Shown here piece by piece: positions 49,701 through 57,914 of a stretch of 64,000 nt of DNA. A program made the position numbers and the translations under genes. How positions within the stretch are numbered: the first letter of the stretch is position 1; each line of letters starts with the position of its first letter. A model generated the notes under the pieces. The model saw only the letters and a program-made list of their open reading frames with translations, made no database searches and had not been told where the DNA came from. The stretch is from Candidatus Cloacimonadales bacterium. GTDB taxonomy: Bacteria; Cloacimonadota; Cloacimonadia; Cloacimonadales; JAFGVF01. Location: positions 1,152,001-1,216,000 of the forward strand of contig CAXXJV010000001.1 of NCBI GenBank assembly GCA_963663475.2, read 5' to 3'.

Positions 49701-49991
49701 AGCTTGTATATAGGAACCATTATCATTCCATTCTTTATGCTTAACGAAAGGACAATCTTGCTTGATTCTCACGATTTCATAGTCTTTAGCTACTTTATTA
49801 AAAGATTGAATGTTAGTAGTTACAATATCATTATCATAAGCAACTTCAATAATGCCATCTTGATTTCCAATAGCTGATAATTCGAAACAGACCATGATAT
49901 TATTTTCTTCAAAGACATCTTTAACAAACCTGTCTGCTTGTAATAAACAAAGAGATGCTATTAAAATAATAGCAAGCAAAAATTTTTTCAT
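46713..49991 (-). CDS. secreted S8 (subtilisin) serine protease with FG-GAP-like repeats and FlgD-Ig CTD
   Basis: Catalytic triad ISDSG, HGTHVAG, GTSMASP; AAGN; repeated D.NNDG..E / GFP. units; [11 protein letters not shown]...KKMILLK. Confidence 0.93.
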   Translation of the reverse strand: MKKFLLAIILIASLCLLQADRFVKDVFEENNIMVCFELSAIGNQDGIIEVAYDNDIVTTNIQSFNKVAKDYEIVRIKQDCPFVKHKEWNDNGSYIQAIYKVTIKDNKKIEQALNSLRASKDILWADYVTINRNKYTPNDSLYESLWYITQTETEKVWDFVRDASDVLIGISDSGIKWTHPDLQENIWLNEGEMAGVSIDWLNGTFTGDGIDNDGNGKIDDVMGWDFVNNDNNPLQNWNYNYHGTHVAGCASAVGDNNLGTVGPAFNAKLLNMQGAPDNQDSNGNPHGYQQMVYAADMGADIINASWGGQTYNLSYANTYVNYATNYGSLVVVAAGNGNIEHNSSYIDAPSDCPNAFNVAATDRNDEKASFSEYGDPIDISSPGTEIKSTIIENDGYDNAQGTSMASPIVCGIAALVKAVNPDFTNTQIRQRIENTADYIDDINPDYAGKLGAGRINAFAAVLYDKIPNMIIEDKAITEIEGDGDGIANPGETISLQVKLTNYLDINTGLAWASSNNTNVYLRCDQAGVVIQDSVASLGNIASGASVWNTDSPFTFNTSSNMSTQPIEFKLYVEANLDSEIPYSIEIPFESNLSLNYPDWSFELTGQTLSSPIIMDINNDNINEVIFGDIEGNVNVLDNQQNFLSGFPINLNSAISLPLAVGDLNNDNIEDIVAVTNNKEAFAISGDGSILWGPISLDNQMVKANPLITDLDGNGTLEAVICTLNGKIHVLDGQGNEFPNYPCEFPGNFIFNIAAGDINLNGNQEIILQSISGNLLVIDYQSQENINGFPFALGANTEFAPLITNIDDDLYPEIISTISAQGIIKIINHDGTIAYTFDMDGAIKQDILFADFNNDGNKELLFTTYEGMVHALSLDGSELLNFPLNLNTYIEGLPLLSDLDGQGLCLIFGDTSGMLHAINHNGLEAGNFPIDLNDNLKVSPALGDIDNDGDLDLVVSTVTELRLLDLKRNGYSNWIMHRGNPGRTANFYNALTPNADEIANVADVSLIGNYPNPFNPQTRISFSLKDQSPVEISIYNIKGQKIRTLIDKKLEAGQHSVIWDGKDSNNKSVSSGIYLYRMKNGKFTKSKKMILLK

Positions 49992-50076
49992 AATATATCT
50001 CCTAAACTTTTTTAATGTACTTAGTGTGAACTTATATTAAAAAAATAAAAGTTCAATTAAATTTTAAATATGATAG

Positions 50077-50094
50077 ATGCATTTATAATACCAA
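50077..50094 (-). promoter_or_regulatory. candidate sigma-54 promoter of the S8 protease
   Basis: Minus strand reads TTGGTATTATAAATGCAT (GG-N10-GC), about 90 nt upstream of the ATG. Confidence 0.5.
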
Positions 50095-50220
50095 GAGTAT
50101 AAAAATAGATTTAAAAGATATAAAAAAGATGATGAATTGCAAAAAATCAAACCTGAATGTTAAAAATTTTTCTTTTCTACTTTCTATGTAAGTCAATAAG
50201 TATATGTAAAAATGAAAATT

Positions 50221-50272
50221 ATGTATATCTAGTGTACATAAACTAATTAGCCTATGTAAGTTGTGTTTACAT
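50221..50272. promoter_or_regulatory. twin ATGTA-N9-TACAT palindromes (candidate activator binding sites)
   Basis: atgta-tatctagtg-tacat (50221-50239) and atgta-agttgtgtt-tacat (50254-50272), 33 bp apart. Confidence 0.5.
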
Positions 50273-50345
50273 GAAATCCCTGATTATGCTGAGTCTCATG
50301 ACCAACTATATTTTTTCACCAAATAATAACATTATTACTTATTTC

Positions 50346-50422
50346 ATCCTTAATCCTTCCTTTACAGTCTTTCGATGAAAGTCGGCTTTTCATCGAAAGA
50401 CTGTAAAGGAAGGATTAAGGAT
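50346..50422. repeat. perfect 35-bp inverted repeat with 7-nt spacer
   Basis: atccttaatccttcctttacagtctttcgatgaaa-gtcggct-exact reverse complement. Confidence 0.95.
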
Positions 50423-50445
50423 CTTACCCTAGTGACTGGCATTAA

Positions 50446-50637
50446 ACCCAATAATGCAGTAGACCTCTGAGAATAGCAGAATCTTCTTTTGCAAAAGTAA
50501 GCTACATAGTTTTCAGGAATATATATATTATATGCCTTCGAATTCTGTATGCTATTTTGGTAAAAGAATCTGCCCTCTTCACCTGTTATACCTAGTTTTA
50601 GCGAAGTATTACTAAAGCTATACTGCACTATTATGGA
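50446..50637. mobile_element. MITE-like element copy 7 (long form)
   Basis: taa|acccaataatgcagtagacctctg...aaagctatactgcactattatgga|taa. Confidence 0.82.
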
Positions 50638-50640
50638 TAA

Positions 50641-50674
50641 AAGAAACCCCTCACAGGAAATCATCTGAGAGGGG
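50641..50674 (-). terminator. intrinsic terminator after fhs
   Basis: cccctcacag/ctgagagggg stem, then tttctttt on the minus strand. Confidence 0.7.
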
Positions 50675-50690
50675 AAAAAGGAGTAAAGGT

Positions 50691-52361
50691 CTAAAATAGA
50701 CCGCTAATATTACCATCTTCATCAATATCCATCTTTTCAGCAGATGGACTTTTAGGTAAACCAGGCATGCGCATAATATCTCCAGTAATAGGAACCAAGA
50801 AACCTGCTCCTGAAGAGATAATAATTTCTCTAACAGTAACAAGGAAATCTTTTGGTCTTCCTAGGAGAGCTGGATTATCTGAAAGGGATTTCTGAGTTTT
50901 GGCTATACATATTGGCAGTTTATCATAACCATGTTTAGCAATTTGTTTGAGGGTTTTCTTTGCTTCAGGAGAGTAATCTACAGCTTCAGCTCCATAGATT
51001 TCATGGGCAATTTTGAATATTTTATCCTTAACAGGATCTTTCCAGTCATAGAGATTATTCAATCTACAAACATCAGATTCAATCATGTTAACAACTTTTT
51101 GGGCTAAGTCAATACCACCTTGACCGCCTTTAGTGAAGAACTCAACAACAGATACATCAAAGCCAAGTTTTTCAACAAAGTCTTTTACTATATTGATTTC
51201 TTCTTCAGTATCAGTGGCAAATTTATTGATGGCAATAATAGATTTCATACCAAATTTTTTAGTATTTTCTAAGTGTTTTTCTAGATTAACAATCCCTTTT
51301 CTTACTGCTTCAGGGTTAGGTTCGGATAAATCTTTACGTTTAACTCCTCCGTGGAATTTAATAGCTCTGATAGTTGCAACAACAACAGCTGCATTTGTGC
51401 AGAATCCACCATAAGGGCAGACAATATCAAAGAATTTCTCAGCACCTAAATCGAAACCAAAGCCAGCCTCAGTAACAACATAATCACTTAAGCCTAAGGC
51501 CGTTTTTGTAGCAATTATACTATTAGCACCTTGGGCGATATTGGCAAAAGGACCACCATGAATAAAGGCAGGGGTATGTTCAATTGTTTGCACTAAGTTT
51601 GGTTTAATGGCATCTTTTAGTAGGGTAGTAATAGCACCTTCATAACCTAAATCTTTGACAAGAACAGGGTCTCCATCATAATTATAACCAATAGTTATTT
51701 GGCCTATTTTTCTTTTTAACTCCATCAAGTCATTTGATAGGCAAAGGATTGCCATGATTTCAGAAGCTGGTGTTATATCAAAACCTTCTTCCATAGGAAC
51801 ACCTTGGGCTTTCCCACCTAATCCAATAACAACATCACGTAGCATTCTATCATTTACATCTAAGACTCTTTTCCAAGTCACTCTTCTAGGATCAATATTT
51901 AATTCATTTCCCTGATATATATGATTATTAATCAAGGCTGAAAGGGTATTATTGGCAGTTGTAATTGCATGAAAATCTCCAGTAAAATGAAGGTTTATAT
52001 CTTCCATTGGTAATACTTGCGAATAACCACCACCTGCAGCACCACCTTTAATACCAAAAACAGGCCCTAGTGATGGTTCTCTAATAGCTACACTTGCTTT
52101 TTTACCAATTTTGTTAAGGGCCATGGAAAGACCGATGGAAACCGTTGTTTTACCTTCTCCTGCAGGAGTTGGTGTAATAGCTGATACTAATATCAATTTG
52201 CCTCTTTCTCTCTTCCTAATATCAGCAACTACTGGTAATTTAATCTTAGCTTTATAATCTCCATAATGTTCTAAATCTTGTGCTTTTAAACCTAATTTAG
52301 CAGCAACTTTATCTATATGTTCTAACTTAACTTCACTAGCGATGTCCAAATCTGTTTTCAT
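50691..52361 (-). CDS. fhs: formate--tetrahydrofolate ligase
   Basis: TPTPAGEGKTT, REPSLGP.FG.KGGAAGGG, NLHFTGDFHA, HGGPFANIA, AKTQ.S, MPGLP. Confidence 0.98.
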   Translation of the reverse strand: MKTDLDIASEVKLEHIDKVAAKLGLKAQDLEHYGDYKAKIKLPVVADIRKRERGKLILVSAITPTPAGEGKTTVSIGLSMALNKIGKKASVAIREPSLGPVFGIKGGAAGGGYSQVLPMEDINLHFTGDFHAITTANNTLSALINNHIYQGNELNIDPRRVTWKRVLDVNDRMLRDVVIGLGGKAQGVPMEEGFDITPASEIMAILCLSNDLMELKRKIGQITIGYNYDGDPVLVKDLGYEGAITTLLKDAIKPNLVQTIEHTPAFIHGGPFANIAQGANSIIATKTALGLSDYVVTEAGFGFDLGAEKFFDIVCPYGGFCTNAAVVVATIRAIKFHGGVKRKDLSEPNPEAVRKGIVNLEKHLENTKKFGMKSIIAINKFATDTEEEINIVKDFVEKLGFDVSVVEFFTKGGQGGIDLAQKVVNMIESDVCRLNNLYDWKDPVKDKIFKIAHEIYGAEAVDYSPEAKKTLKQIAKHGYDKLPICIAKTQKSLSDNPALLGRPKDFLVTVREIIISSGAGFLVPITGDIMRMPGLPKSPSAEKMDIDEDGNISGLF

Positions 52362-52393
52362 TTTAACTCCTTAATGTATTTATTTTTAAATAA

Positions 52394-52553
52394 TCTAGAT
52401 GATGCAGTAGAGCTTCAGGGAAAAGGGCAGATTATTATAGCAAAATAACTTGCAAAATTTGAAAGCATATGATATATATACATGAAAATTATGTAAGTTA
52501 CCTTTGCATAGGAATATAGTGCTATACATAAAGATCTACTGCCTTATTTCGGA
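52394..52553. mobile_element. MITE-like element copy 8 (long form, reverse orientation)
   Basis: taa|tctagatgatgcagtagagctt...aaagatctactgccttatttcgga|taa; interior resembles the reverse complement of copies 9 and 10. Confidence 0.75.
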
Positions 52554-52619
52554 TAATATAAGGTATTTTGAGATTTAGACAAATAGAAGTTATAGAGTAT
52601 TTTCCTAAGAAGTCTGCTC

Positions 52620-54899
52620 CTATTTAAGAAGAATCATCTTTTTACTAGCACAAGTATTATGAGTACTAAGTCTTAGAAGATAGATTCCTGATGACACTTT
52701 TTGATTATTATGATTTTTACCATTCCAGATTATCTGGTGTTGGCCAGCTACTTGATTCCCTTTAAACAAACTTGTAACTTTTTGACCTTTTAGGTTATAG
52801 ATATCTATTTTGATATTAGCTGATTCTTTTAGCTGGTAGGAAATAGTTGTTTCAGGATTAAAAGGATTAGGATAATTATTGATAGTTAGGAGAGGATTAG
52901 ACTCAACATCATGGGAAGTTATATTTGTAGGTATTTGATCTAGATTAAGAGTTAATTCAAGTTGTTTTACATAACCCTCACTTTCAGGTCCGATGCCGAT
53001 AATAGAAGAGCCATATGCTGTATCATCATTATAAGCCAGAAAGAGTCCGTAAGTAAGGTCCCCATAATTATAATACTGATTATATAGATTATCACTAACT
53101 TGAACAAAAGTAGGATTTCCTTCAGCTATTCCAGGATAATCTAAACTATTGAGAGATACAGGTTTTGACCAGTTAGAATTTCCCCAACCAGAAATTGAAA
53201 TCATTGTTTCTATGATTTCAGCATAAGGCTGGTAGCTTTGATTATTATGATATCTTTTATGGTAAAAACGTGATTTGTTAGTATCATGCCATATTAAAGC
53301 CATGAAACCCTCGTCATTAGCGTCAGTTATTGATAGGTGATTTAAATCCTTAAGATTATAATTGTCATTTCCTTGATTGTCGTCCCAATATTGGAAGGGC
53401 CAAATTGTTTGCAGAACAGGCCTACCCCAATAGTCACTATCTTCAGGGGTAACATTGTCATCAATTCCATCCCAAGTCCCATCATCACGAATTTCATCAA
53501 TTATCCCATCTCCATCAGCATCCCACCACAACCAAGGCTCTTCATTAGAAAGATTGTTAGCATTATTATCAATAGAAAAATAATTATCTTGCTTTCTAGG
53601 ATAGATATCAACAACTGAAAATTCATTATAAAAAGGGTCAAAAATTACTTCTTTTACTGTATGTAACTCAGGATAATAAAATCCATCATAAGTCTTCATA
53701 GTAAAGAGAGCAGGGATATGAAGTCTATTATTATTATCAAGTCCCACATTAAAGTTAGTTGATTCTCCAATACCAATAAAGAAGTCATCATCATTATAAT
53801 CATGATTTTCATCATCAAAGAACTCTCTTGCTAATGGATTTCCTTGGTGATAAGCAATTGGATCTATATAATTAGGATTATAAGAAGTAAAAGTGTCATA
53901 CATTGAGTATCTTTGCCAGAGACCCTGACCATAATTATCACAGACAAAGACATCAATAGAAGCTTCGTGGGGAACTTTAACATCATTTATATTAGACTCA
54001 TCTTTAGTAAAATGATAACCTACATAATAGAGTTTATCGTCAATTACTCTAAAGGCCATGTAAGGCTCACGTATTACATCAGCTTCTTCAATAAACCAGT
54101 CGCTTATCTCTAAAATTGTAGTCCTTTCAAAGCCACTATTATTAAAAACTTGATATTCTAACTCATTTTCAGTAAAATCCTTGTAAAAGAAGACAGGTAT
54201 GCCTGAAGCGTATTCGGAATCTGAGTTCTTATACTGTCCACAAATATATAGTCTTTGATGATCGGGCAGAGGAGAAGGTCCAATTTGTATAATTGGATCA
54301 ACTAAATCTTCAATTGTTACGTTAGCAAAAGATGTAGGAATCTCAAAAGGAGTTTGGAAGACAGGTAGTGCACTAGAAACCATTCCCAAGGCTATACCAC
54401 CAATAACAGCATCATAGGCAAAGACTAAGTTTGAAGCAGAATCATGGTCAAAAGAATCATGAAAAGCTGAAATAGGTCTTCCGTATTGACTAATAGCTAG
54501 TGAGGGGCAATCTTCGTTAGTATCATTAAGGGAAATTGCAGACAAGGAGTGAATCTCCTCTTGAGTATCAATATAGAGGTTATAAGATCTTTTCAACGAA
54601 ATATCAATGGACTTACCTGAAAAAACAAACCAATGTCCACTATAGCCACTAAATCCACTATGTATATCATTATATTGAAATGATTTGGAACGGAGTCCAT
54701 TTAATGACATATCATAGTAATTTTGCATGATGCTGACAGGATTAGATACTGATTCAATAGTTGCTGGCCATTGATCAGATTCTTGATAAGCTTTAATACT
54801 TAAAATATCTAAATATTGTGGGTGCCAAAAATCTCTTAAATCAGACCAAAGAGATATTAAACTAAATATTAATATTACAATAGCTATTATTTTTTTCAT
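52620..54899 (-). CDS. secreted FlgD-Ig/T9SS-CTD protein of unknown function, paralog C (divergent)
   Basis: Signal peptide; YDAVIGG, QIGPSP, PYMAF, CDNYGQG, PWLWWD.DGDG, DDGTWDG.DD.VTP...YWG.P; CTD KKMILLK. Confidence 0.88.
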   Translation of the reverse strand: MKKIIAIVILIFSLISLWSDLRDFWHPQYLDILSIKAYQESDQWPATIESVSNPVSIMQNYYDMSLNGLRSKSFQYNDIHSGFSGYSGHWFVFSGKSIDISLKRSYNLYIDTQEEIHSLSAISLNDTNEDCPSLAISQYGRPISAFHDSFDHDSASNLVFAYDAVIGGIALGMVSSALPVFQTPFEIPTSFANVTIEDLVDPIIQIGPSPLPDHQRLYICGQYKNSDSEYASGIPVFFYKDFTENELEYQVFNNSGFERTTILEISDWFIEEADVIREPYMAFRVIDDKLYYVGYHFTKDESNINDVKVPHEASIDVFVCDNYGQGLWQRYSMYDTFTSYNPNYIDPIAYHQGNPLAREFFDDENHDYNDDDFFIGIGESTNFNVGLDNNNRLHIPALFTMKTYDGFYYPELHTVKEVIFDPFYNEFSVVDIYPRKQDNYFSIDNNANNLSNEEPWLWWDADGDGIIDEIRDDGTWDGIDDNVTPEDSDYWGRPVLQTIWPFQYWDDNQGNDNYNLKDLNHLSITDANDEGFMALIWHDTNKSRFYHKRYHNNQSYQPYAEIIETMISISGWGNSNWSKPVSLNSLDYPGIAEGNPTFVQVSDNLYNQYYNYGDLTYGLFLAYNDDTAYGSSIIGIGPESEGYVKQLELTLNLDQIPTNITSHDVESNPLLTINNYPNPFNPETTISYQLKESANIKIDIYNLKGQKVTSLFKGNQVAGQHQIIWNGKNHNNQKVSSGIYLLRLSTHNTCASKKMILLK

Positions 54900-55012
54900 G
54901 GCTTCCTCCTCTTTCTTAGGGCCATTGAAATTCAGTGTTTAACACGAAAAGGGCGTTTGAACTAGGTTTATATACTTTTATTATCAAAATTTATTAGCTT
55001 TATACATTAATA

Positions 55013-55042
55013 ATAATATTTATCTAGTCAGATAAATGTCAA
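55013..55042 (-). promoter_or_regulatory. sigma-70-type promoter with palindrome in the spacer
   Basis: Minus strand TTGACA-N18-TATTAT; palindrome atttatct-agtc-agataaat at 55018-55037. Confidence 0.45.
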
Positions 55043-55113
55043 GAGAATAATTTACTATAAATATAATAATTGAAAACTCTTAGTAGTCAAACTGAAAATT
55101 TGATTTTGTATAA

Positions 55114-55275
55114 ACCCCAATAATATAGTAAATCTTTAGAGAATAGCAGAATATTCTTCTACAAAAGTAAGATCCATAATTTCTCTGAATATATTTTATA
55201 TGCATCAACATACTGTAGGCTATTTTGCTAGAATAATCTGCACTCTTCACTAAAGTTCTACTACACTTTCTGGGA
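55114..55275. mobile_element. MITE-like element copy 9 (long form)
   Basis: taa|accccaataatatagtaaatcttt...aaagttctactacactttctggga|taa. Confidence 0.78.
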
Positions 55276-55286
55276 TAAATAAAAAA

Positions 55287-56045
55287 CTAGTTTTTTTTAA
55301 GCCATTTTTTAAAAGCAGTCACATTTCTTCTGCTAACAATAATATCTAGGGGGATATCTTCAGTTAGTTCTACAAGCAAGCGAGATCTTTCATATTTCTT
55401 AACGTTTTTTATTGCATAGTCAGCAATAATAAAAGACCTTGATATTCTGAAATAGTGTTTGGGATCAAGAATGCTTGCCAGGTGACCCAGAGAGTGATCA
55501 AGTATATATTTGTGGAGATTTTTGGTAATTATATAAGTAAGGTTAAACTCTGAGTAGAAGAGAATGATATTAGAAGCAGAGACTGGAGTAAAGTTAATGC
55601 CATTTTTTACCAGAAAACGGGGATTCTGAGAAGTAATTTCTGCTTGCGCATTATTTTCTTTTTTTACCAGAGGATTATTTATATTGTTAATAGTTAATGA
55701 TTTAAATTTTTCAAGATTAGTTTCAATGTCTTTTTTTCTAATTGGTTTAAGAATATAGCCGATAGTATTGAGTTTAAAGGCATGGATAGCATATTGATTA
55801 TAAGCAGTAAGGAAGAGAATAGGAGCTTGGGGAGTGTATTCAGAAAAGATCTGAAAACAGTTACCATCTCCAAGTTCTATATCGCTAAGAACAAGATCAG
55901 GTTCTTCATTAACTGAAAACCATTCAAGCCCTTGTTTAACACTTCTAATAATAGTAATTACATGATAATCTGGGTTAATTTCTTCTAGTAATTTTTTAAT
56001 TCTATTAGCTGTAAGGTATTCATCTTCAATTATAATAATATTCAT
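55287..56045 (-). CDS. LytTR family response regulator
   Basis: IIEDE, SDIELGDG, FLTAYNQYAI.AF, YILKP; LytTR FRISRSFII, VSRR. Confidence 0.94.
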   Translation of the reverse strand: MNIIIIEDEYLTANRIKKLLEEINPDYHVITIIRSVKQGLEWFSVNEEPDLVLSDIELGDGNCFQIFSEYTPQAPILFLTAYNQYAIHAFKLNTIGYILKPIRKKDIETNLEKFKSLTINNINNPLVKKENNAQAEITSQNPRFLVKNGINFTPVSASNIILFYSEFNLTYIITKNLHKYILDHSLGHLASILDPKHYFRISRSFIIADYAIKNVKKYERSRLLVELTEDIPLDIIVSRRNVTAFKKWLKKN

Positions 56046-57833
56046 TTATACCTCTCTTAGCATGGGTATTTTAGCAATAAATTTTCTATCTGTTTCAATT
56101 ATAACAATATTAATCTGTTTTAATAGGAAGAGTCTTTGATTAAGATTCTTCAATCCTAGCTTAGAAGTTTCATTATTGTGTTTTTTTAATTGTAGTATAT
56201 TTTCCACAACTAGATAATTATCTTGAGCGTAAATTTTGATGAGCAAAGGAGATTCTTCAGTGGCAATATTATGTTTAATAGCATTTTCAATTAGCATTTG
56301 CACACTGAGCGGAGGAACAAATTTTGTTAATTCAGACTTGTCAATTTCGATAGAAGTATTAATAGTATCTTCAAATCTTTTTTTAAGCAAGAAGATAAAA
56401 GCAGAACAGAAGTCTAGCTCTTCTTTAAGGGTAACAAAGTTTGATTCGTGAGTATCTAAGATATAGCGATAGACATTAGAAAATTCTTGAATATAGTCGA
56501 TAGCACACTCTTTATCAACATCAATCAGGGCTATAAGGGTACCTAAGCTATTAAAGAGGAAGTGGGGGTCTAGTTGTTTTTTAAGGCTATTGAGTTGGGA
56601 TTGGAGATTAGATTCAGTAAGTTCTAAGTTTTTAATTTTTTCCATTTGCAGTTCATTAATTGTCATAATATATTGCTTGTAGGTAAAGAAAGCAAAGGAG
56701 ATAATCCAGGCTACTAAGCCAAGTCCGATAGGACCAAACATAGTTATAGAATTAGTTCTGGGTAGAAAGAGGGGAGAAAAAAGCAGGATAGTATTTAGCA
56801 TAGCTGAGCTGGAAAATAATAGCTTGGTATTAAGCAGGTCTATTTTGGATATATTAAGTTGGTGAATTATTAGGAGATGATAGAGAATGAGGAGTATAAG
56901 TGAGGAAAATCTGCTAAAGGCAATAGCACGAGGGAACAAGAAGATTATGATTAGGTTACAGATTATTAAGAGGGATATAGAGGCCATGAATTTCTTTTTT
57001 AAGAAAGATGCCATGAGTAGTCCAAAGAAAACCCAGATAAGGTGATAGAAAGTTAGTATATAGAGCATTCTTGAGAAAGTAAAGTCTGAGAAGAAGAGAG
57101 AAAGAGGGGAAAGCATCCAGTAGAAGACACCAGCAGTTGCCATGAGAAGAGTGAAGAAGAGGATAGTAAAATTAGGATTTTTAATTTTGATGAAAAAAAT
57201 TATAAGGGTAAGTAAAGAAACAAAGATGAGAAAGTTTCCCACAAAGAAGGTTAGATAGTCAGTATTTCTTTTAATGATTTCTTCATTGATAATGTATTCT
57301 CTCAGGCTAGCTTCGTCTCCAACTAGGATTGGAAAGAATTTAAAGAGAGGTGTTTTTTGATCAATATCAATGGAAAAATAGATATTAGAAGAATCAAATT
57401 CATCGTATTGAGAGTTATTTTTTAAGATAATTATCTGTTTATTCATATGAGAGTTGATGTTAAGGTTACTTATAGAGGATTGACTTTCTTTGGTGGGGAA
57501 GATTTGTCCTGGATAATAAACAGTTAGCTCGTTTTTAAGAGAATGGAAATAGATGGCATTGAAAGGGATAATCATTCCTGAGAGGTCAATTTTAAACCAG
57601 ACTTTAGTATGTTCTTTAATACCACTATATCGATATTCTTCTATACTTTTCCAGGCATTAAGGGGGATGTCTAAAAAGTTAGGATAATTATCTTGAGATT
57701 CAGGAACCTTACCAATGAAGAACTTTATATCATGATGAGTAAAGACTTTTAACTTGTTTTCGAATATAGTTGATATTCCAAACAAATTAGCAGAAAATAG
57801 AATGAATATTACTATTAGCTTTAGATGCTTCAT
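56046..57833 (-). CDS. LytS-type membrane sensor histidine kinase
   Basis: Signal peptide, extracytoplasmic domain, multi-TM; LKKQLDPHFLFNSL, YRYIL, EEL, Q.LIENAIKHN, GLKNL. Confidence 0.92.
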   Translation of the reverse strand: MKHLKLIVIFILFSANLFGISTIFENKLKVFTHHDIKFFIGKVPESQDNYPNFLDIPLNAWKSIEEYRYSGIKEHTKVWFKIDLSGMIIPFNAIYFHSLKNELTVYYPGQIFPTKESQSSISNLNINSHMNKQIIILKNNSQYDEFDSSNIYFSIDIDQKTPLFKFFPILVGDEASLREYIINEEIIKRNTDYLTFFVGNFLIFVSLLTLIIFFIKIKNPNFTILFFTLLMATAGVFYWMLSPLSLFFSDFTFSRMLYILTFYHLIWVFFGLLMASFLKKKFMASISLLIICNLIIIFLFPRAIAFSRFSSLILLILYHLLIIHQLNISKIDLLNTKLLFSSSAMLNTILLFSPLFLPRTNSITMFGPIGLGLVAWIISFAFFTYKQYIMTINELQMEKIKNLELTESNLQSQLNSLKKQLDPHFLFNSLGTLIALIDVDKECAIDYIQEFSNVYRYILDTHESNFVTLKEELDFCSAFIFLLKKRFEDTINTSIEIDKSELTKFVPPLSVQMLIENAIKHNIATEESPLLIKIYAQDNYLVVENILQLKKHNNETSKLGLKNLNQRLFLLKQINIVIIETDRKFIAKIPMLREV

Positions 57834-57914
57834 ATTCCCTCAAATGTTTTTATTTAACCTGAATAAGCAGATTTATATTATTTAAAATTTGGGAAATGAC
57901 AAGTCAAGAACTTT

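Noticed and set aside
50362-50664. 100-aa minus-strand ORF
   Set aside because: Runs through a terminator, MITE copy 7 and the 35-bp palindrome; no RBS or recognisable motif
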